Source: Candidatus Saccharimonadota bacterium
GTDB lineage: Bacteria > Patescibacteriota > Saccharimonadia > Saccharimonadales > Saccharimonadaceae
DNA length: 64,000 bases
NCBI GenBank assembly: GCA_030529095.1
Contig: JAUMXN010000001.1
Coordinates: 5,603 to 69,602 of the forward strand
Reading direction: 5' to 3'
How positions within the stretch are numbered: position 1 is the stretch's first letter; every line of letters starts with the position of its first letter. Of this stretch, positions 59,287 to 64,000 are shown in pieces. A model generated the notes under the pieces. It worked only from the letters and a program-made list of their open reading frames with translations. It made no database searches and was not told the origin of the DNA. Position numbers and translations under genes: made by a program.

Positions 59287-61008
59287 GTGATCAAAAAAAT
59301 TCTATCAATTTTAACCATTGCTAGCATGCTCGCCGTCAATTTGCCGAACAAAGTTTTTGCTGAAGCTGGCTGTGCGGACGTCGAATTCGTTTTCGTCCGT
59401 GGCTCAGGCGAAGTCCAAGATTACGGCGAAAGTTTCTTGGCGTTCAAAGAAGCCATGGCCGAAAAAATGTCAGCTATCAGTCTAACAACCAATTTTAGAG
59501 ACCTGGATTACCCAGCAGTCTCGGTCGCTGACATCGGCGTTCTGACCGAAGCCTTCTTTAGTGGCGGAAGCAGCGGCGCGTTTGGCGAAAGCGTAGATGC
59601 CGGCGTCGCCGAACTGAAGCGCGTCGTCAACACTACCTGCTCAAGTTCAAAATTCGTCCTGGCCGGCTATTCGCAGGGCGCCATGGTAATCTCAAAATCT
59701 TTACCAGAACTAAACACAAACAAAATCATCTACGCCGCAACTTTTGGCGACCCAAAAATCTTCTTGCCAGAAGGCGAAATCAATCTTTTAAACCTCGTCC
59801 CGGCAGCTTGCTACAATCGCGATCTTTCGGATTACCGCCGCTACGTGCCGGACTGCTACGCCTATGAAGGTATCCTTGGTAGCTACCGCCCGTACGAGCC
59901 GGAAGATTTCATCGGCAAACTTGGCGCCTGGTGCAACGGCAAAGACATCATGTGCAGTAGGTTTCTTGGCGTCAACATCGAAGACCACGTGAGTTATGTT
60001 AGTGACGGACTCTACGAAGACGCTTCACGCTATATTTTTGACAAAATTACCACAGCATTCGGCATCGAAAATACCTATTATTCGCCGCACGACACGGTAA
60101 TCTTAATCGACTCAACCGGCTCGATGAGCTGGCTAATCGATCAATATAAACAGCGTGCCATTGATTTTGCTACCCAGACCTTTAATTTAGGCGGACGCGT
60201 AGCACTGTATGATTATCGTGATTTGAAAGAACTATACGAGCCGCACAAATACTGCGATTTTGACACCTGCACGCCAGAAACCTTCCAGGCCGGCATCGAC
60301 CAGATCTTTACGGCCGACGGCGGCGACGCGCCAGAATCTCTACTTTCCGCCGCGTTTCACATCATGAACGAGCTCAGATGGGAACAAGGCGCCACTAAGT
60401 CTCTCATCGTCTTGACGGACGCCGGCTATCATATGCCGGATGTCGACGGCGTCACTTTGGGCGACGTCGTAACGCTTAGCCGCAACATTGACCCAGTTAA
60501 TATTTATGTTGTCACCAACTCGGATAACCGCTCCAAATACACCGAACTCACCGATCAGACCGGCGGCAAAGTGATTCTTAGTACCACCGATTTCGAACTC
60601 ACCGCAAACGAAATTAATTCACGCTACGACAGCCTGCCACAAGTTGAGCTAAGCAATACCGAAATTAATCAACCAACTATCAAAATCACTAATCTTTGGG
60701 GAGATGAAGAACATAATTTTCATGCAGCCATTGATACTAACGCCACAGAGATCGTAGTTATTTTAAACGACGCCATCCTTGGTACAACCGGCAAAAAGGA
60801 ACTCGTTTTTAGAGACATCGATCCTTCCTTGGAAAATCTACTTAGGCTCGTGCCAATCAAAGACGGCATACGCGGCGATGCAACAGAAGTCACTCTACTC
60901 ACTAGCGGTCGCGGCGAAGCAAGTATACCCCTAGAGCCAACCGCAAACGAACCAGCAGTCTTTATCATTCCGCTTGCCCCAGACACCGGTGGCAAATGGC
61001 GCCACTAA
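59287..61008 (+). CDS. Secreted cutinase-family esterase fused to a VWA domain
   Basis: Signal peptide, RGSGE, GYSQGA, FGDP, DIMC..H, then VWA MIDAS DSTGSM, GGD.PE, LTDA. Ends LAPDTGGKWRH. Confidence 0.85.
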   Translation: MIKKILSILTIASMLAVNLPNKVFAEAGCADVEFVFVRGSGEVQDYGESFLAFKEAMAEKMSAISLTTNFRDLDYPAVSVADIGVLTEAFFSGGSSGAFGESVDAGVAELKRVVNTTCSSSKFVLAGYSQGAMVISKSLPELNTNKIIYAATFGDPKIFLPEGEINLLNLVPAACYNRDLSDYRRYVPDCYAYEGILGSYRPYEPEDFIGKLGAWCNGKDIMCSRFLGVNIEDHVSYVSDGLYEDASRYIFDKITTAFGIENTYYSPHDTVILIDSTGSMSWLIDQYKQRAIDFATQTFNLGGRVALYDYRDLKELYEPHKYCDFDTCTPETFQAGIDQIFTADGGDAPESLLSAAFHIMNELRWEQGATKSLIVLTDAGYHMPDVDGVTLGDVVTLSRNIDPVNIYVVTNSDNRSKYTELTDQTGGKVILSTTDFELTANEINSRYDSLPQVELSNTEINQPTIKITNLWGDEEHNFHAAIDTNATEIVVILNDAILGTTGKKELVFRDIDPSLENLLRLVPIKDGIRGDATEVTLLTSGRGEASIPLEPTANEPAVFIIPLAPDTGGKWRH

Positions 61009-61049
61009 ATCTCTAGCTTTTTGGCGCATTTCGTGTTATAATTGTCGTC

Positions 61050-62864
61050 ATGTTAGAAAAAGAGTTCATCAGAAATGTTGCAATCATCGCCCATGTCGAC
61101 CACGGCAAGACGACTCTTGTTGATGGACTTTTGAAACAGTCTCATACCTTCCGCGACAACCAAGCCGAAATGTCTCAGACTCTTATCATGGACTCCATGG
61201 ACCAGGAACACGAGCGTGGCATCACAATCACCGCAAAGCAGACTGCAATCTTTTATAATGGTTACAAAATCAACATTATTGATACTCCAGGCCACGCCGA
61301 TTTCTCTGGCGAAGTCGAGCGCACACTCAATATGGCGGATGGCGTCATGCTGATTGTCGATGCCCAAGAAGGCCCAATGCCACAAACCAAATTTGTGCTT
61401 AAAAAAGCTTTGGACTTAAAGCTAAAACCGGTTGTTATTATCAACAAAATCGATAAACCAGCCGCCCGTATCGAAGAGGTTAAAGACGAAATTTCTGATC
61501 TCTTCCTCGAACTTGCTACCGATGAATCTCAGCTTAATTACCCAATATATTATGCTATCGCTCGCGACGGCAAAGCTGGCAAAACCCCAGAACTCGATAA
61601 CGATCTACACGTAATTTTTGAATCTATCATCAACGATATTCCAGCTCCGCACGTCGACGAAGACGAATCTAAGGGTGCCCAGCTTCTCGTGGCTGCACTC
61701 GCCGCCGATAATTATCTTGGCAAATATTGTATTGGTAAGATTTTTCGCGGCTCTTTGAAAAAAGGTCAAACCGTCAAAATTTTGCAAAATGGCACCAGCA
61801 AGAATGCCAAAATCGACCGCCTTTTCACCTATAAAGGCCTCGGCAAAGAGGAAACCGAGCTCGCCATCGCTGGCGACATCGTCGCTCTTACCGGTGTTAG
61901 CGAAGCCAACATCGGCGACACCATCGCTACTGGCGACAACCCAGAAGCTTTACCAACTATCGAACTCGAGCCACCAACCCTTTCTATCTATATTGGCCCA
62001 AATACTTCACCCCTTAAAGGTAAAGAAGGCGAGTTTACCACCTCCCGCCAGATTGCCGAACGCCTCGAAAAAGAGCTCGAAACCAATATTGCCCTTAAAA
62101 TTGTCCCAGATGGCCTTGGTTACAAGGTTTCTGGTCGCGGGGAATTACACCTCTCTGTTTTGATTGAAACTATGCGCCGCGAAGGCTACGAGCTTGAAGC
62201 TGGCCGTCCAGAAGTCGTTTACAAAGAAATCGACGGAGTTAAATGCGAGCCGGTCGAAGAACTCACCGTTGAGGTTGAGCCAGAATTTGTTGGTGCCGTC
62301 TCCCAGGAACTCGGTATTAGAAAAGCCGATCTCAAATCCCAGGAACTCACTTCTACCGGCGCCACCCGTTTTACTTACGAAATTTCCACCTCTGCCTTGA
62401 TTGGTCTTCGTAATATGCTGATGACCGCTACCAAGGGTACGGTTTTGATGTCCAGTGTCGCCAACGGCTACCGCCCAGTCGATACCAAATATAAACCAGA
62501 ACGAAACGGCGCCCTTATTGCCTTCGAATCTGGCGTTTCTACCTCTTATGCACTCGATGCTGCTCAGGCTCGTGGTATTCTCTATATCCCACCACAGGTC
62601 CCAGTTTATCAGGGTATGATTGTTGGTCTCTCCAACAAAAAAGATGATCTCGACATCAATGTCTGCAAAGAGAAGCAGCTCACCAATATGCGTACCCACG
62701 CTTCTGATGGCGCTATCCAGCTCACCCCTTATACGCAGCTCTCTTTGGAGCAATGTCTAGACTTTTTGCTTGATGATGAGCTTCTCGAAGTCACCCCTAA
62801 ATCACTCCGCCTCAGGAAGCGCCAGCTTGATCCAATCAAAAGGAAACGCGAAAACCGCGCTTAA
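61050..62864 (+). CDS. typA: Translational GTPase TypA/BipA
   Basis: [45 protein letters not shown]. Confidence 0.98.
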   Translation: MLEKEFIRNVAIIAHVDHGKTTLVDGLLKQSHTFRDNQAEMSQTLIMDSMDQEHERGITITAKQTAIFYNGYKINIIDTPGHADFSGEVERTLNMADGVMLIVDAQEGPMPQTKFVLKKALDLKLKPVVIINKIDKPAARIEEVKDEISDLFLELATDESQLNYPIYYAIARDGKAGKTPELDNDLHVIFESIINDIPAPHVDEDESKGAQLLVAALAADNYLGKYCIGKIFRGSLKKGQTVKILQNGTSKNAKIDRLFTYKGLGKEETELAIAGDIVALTGVSEANIGDTIATGDNPEALPTIELEPPTLSIYIGPNTSPLKGKEGEFTTSRQIAERLEKELETNIALKIVPDGLGYKVSGRGELHLSVLIETMRREGYELEAGRPEVVYKEIDGVKCEPVEELTVEVEPEFVGAVSQELGIRKADLKSQELTSTGATRFTYEISTSALIGLRNMLMTATKGTVLMSSVANGYRPVDTKYKPERNGALIAFESGVSTSYALDAAQARGILYIPPQVPVYQGMIVGLSNKKDDLDINVCKEKQLTNMRTHASDGAIQLTPYTQLSLEQCLDFLLDDELLEVTPKSLRLRKRQLDPIKRKRENRA

Positions 62865-62900
62865 AAAATAGCCCCGTCAAGGGGCTTTTTAAGACATGGG

Positions 62901-63222
62901 AAAAGCCCGTAGCTAAGCTACGAGCTTTGATATGGGTGTTGAGTATTATTAGGTTCTTGTCAATGTTAGCGAGGTATTGAAATCAGCCCTGAAAGGAGGC
63001 TCCCTAAATGGCAAAGGCAAACGCACAACGGCGATGGTACTGATGCTCGGAATTATATCAGAATGCCAGGAGAGAAAAGGGGCTGATAGCTGCTTGTTAT
63101 TTGCTATTTGTATCATAGTACTAGAAGGGGGCGCAGCAGTAAAGCTAAATCAGAAAAACCTTACTACCACGCTAGGTTTTCGGAATTGGATGACAAAGAA
63201 CCAGGGCATACTCATGCACCGT
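62901..63222 (-). ncRNA. Candidate large structured non-coding RNA (~290-320 nt)
   Basis: Minus-strand TTGATT-17-TATAAT promoter (63257-63229), terminator 62901-62928, mutually complementary 5' and 3' ends, several nested stems, no SD-led ORF on this strand. Confidence 0.65.
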
Positions 63223-63378
63223 GTATATATTATACACCATTTTGCTAAAAAAATCAATACCTAATCTTAACCATTTTGAAACTACCCTCCTACGTGGACA
63301 AAAGAAAGAAAATATGATATAATATAAAAAGTTCTTTAATAATATTCTAAGGGAAATTTTGAAAGAAGGTGATTTTAA

Positions 63379-64000
63379 TTGATTACAAGGCTTTTGTTTA
63401 GCAGAAGGTACAGCGACACGTGTCAGGCGTTTTCTACGTCCGACTCCCATGTTGCTTCAACCATCAAAAGAGAGCTCGGTTGGGAAGTGTTTGAATACAC
63501 ATTCAACACCATAATCGGCTTAAAAAGAGCAATCAGTCGAGCCGACAAAGCCCTTCTGCGAACCTACGGAAATCACGTACTTGTCGTACATTATAAAGAC
63601 CCGAAAATTTTTAATGGTCTAATACAGCAGGCGATTGGTGGTAGCCATTATCTTTTCTATGATGAAAAGACACACCGTGGAGGTCTTGCCTATGCAAAAC
63701 GTGGTGGTAAAGGTTCAAGAAGCTTAAATAAACGCTATGAGTTCGAAACTCACAACGTAGTAGAGCTACTTGCCGGGACCATCGGTTTCGGCGTTAGCGA
63801 TCGTTATTATGAGGTTTTTTATCCGGACACCTCCGAGCGAGTCACTGCTGAACGGCTAGACGGATCGCGTTGGGGAGTTCTTGTCCTTGATAAAATCGAA
63901 ACCGAAGACGCAGGTGAAGTAAAAGCATGTAGAGCTTTTCCTTATGGGAGAAGGAAAGAAGTTACTTATGCGCTCACCGGAAAAAATAGCTTAGCCATAC
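63379..64000 (+). CDS. Partial hypothetical (orphan) CDS running off the window
   Basis: TGATATAAT promoter, SD AGAAGGTGA, TTG start, open frame MITRLLFSRRYSDTCQ... to the end. Confidence 0.7.
   Translation, partial: MITRLLFSRRYSDTCQAFSTSDSHVASTIKRELGWEVFEYTFNTIIGLKRAISRADKALLRTYGNHVLVVHYKDPKIFNGLIQQAIGGSHYLFYDEKTHRGGLAYAKRGGKGSRSLNKRYEFETHNVVELLAGTIGFGVSDRYYEVFYPDTSERVTAERLDGSRWGVLVLDKIETEDAGEVKACRAFPYGRRKEVTYALTGKNSLAI

Noticed and set aside
12439-62753. Numerous long antisense or alternate-frame ORFs over nrdD, ABC genes, rplA, cysS, tgt, typA and others
   Set aside because: Shadow ORFs expected from biased codon usage of the real genes, with no motifs or signals
62977-63450. 95-aa (+) and 92-aa (-) ORFs from the track
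   Set aside because: No initiation signals, and they cross divergent promoters or the real downstream CDS
1-64000. Alternative genetic code (TGA=Gly, code 25)
   Set aside because: Conserved genes are intact under code 11 and TGA terminates genes, e.g. the ATGA overlaps at 5434 and 24638
1-64000. Prophage, integron or IS element
   Set aside because: No integrase, transposase or structural phage genes, and no attC-like repeats shared among the orphan genes

Overview
Gene-dense chromosomal window, most likely from a gut- or rumen-associated Candidatus Saccharibacteria (TM7, Patescibacteria/CPR). This assignment is inferred from the L33, RecR and conserved-hypothetical protein forms and from the compact gene layout. 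The genetic code is code 11. Housekeeping content: secE-nusG-rplK..rplA..rplJL, rpmG, dnaX-dnaB, ebfC-recR, cysS, tgt, tmk-ung, typA, a UvrD/nuclease fusion and five tRNAs. Gut/anaerobe adaptations: bile salt hydrolase, class III RNR (nrdDG) with NrdR boxes, sufCB plus a SufS-like enzyme, and rubrerythrin. There is also a scattered phospholipid gene set (gpsA, plsC-like, cdsA, yqeG, LPG-synthase TM domain). No integrase, transposase, cas gene or CRISPR array was seen. The most striking unexplained signals are: (1) two self-contained ~300-nt transcription units with promoter, terminator and extensive predicted base-pairing but no normal gene (62.9-63.2 kb minus strand, 19.7-20.0 kb plus strand); (2) a two-tier expression grammar, in which many native genes look leaderless (TGnTATAAT 6-9 nt before ATG, no SD) while about 15 dispersed orphan genes have a leader with a strong SD, often a hairpin plus a boxA-like motif, and their own terminator; (3) palindromic repeats duplicating a tRNA-Thr 3' end. 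All structures were read by eye and no searches were run.
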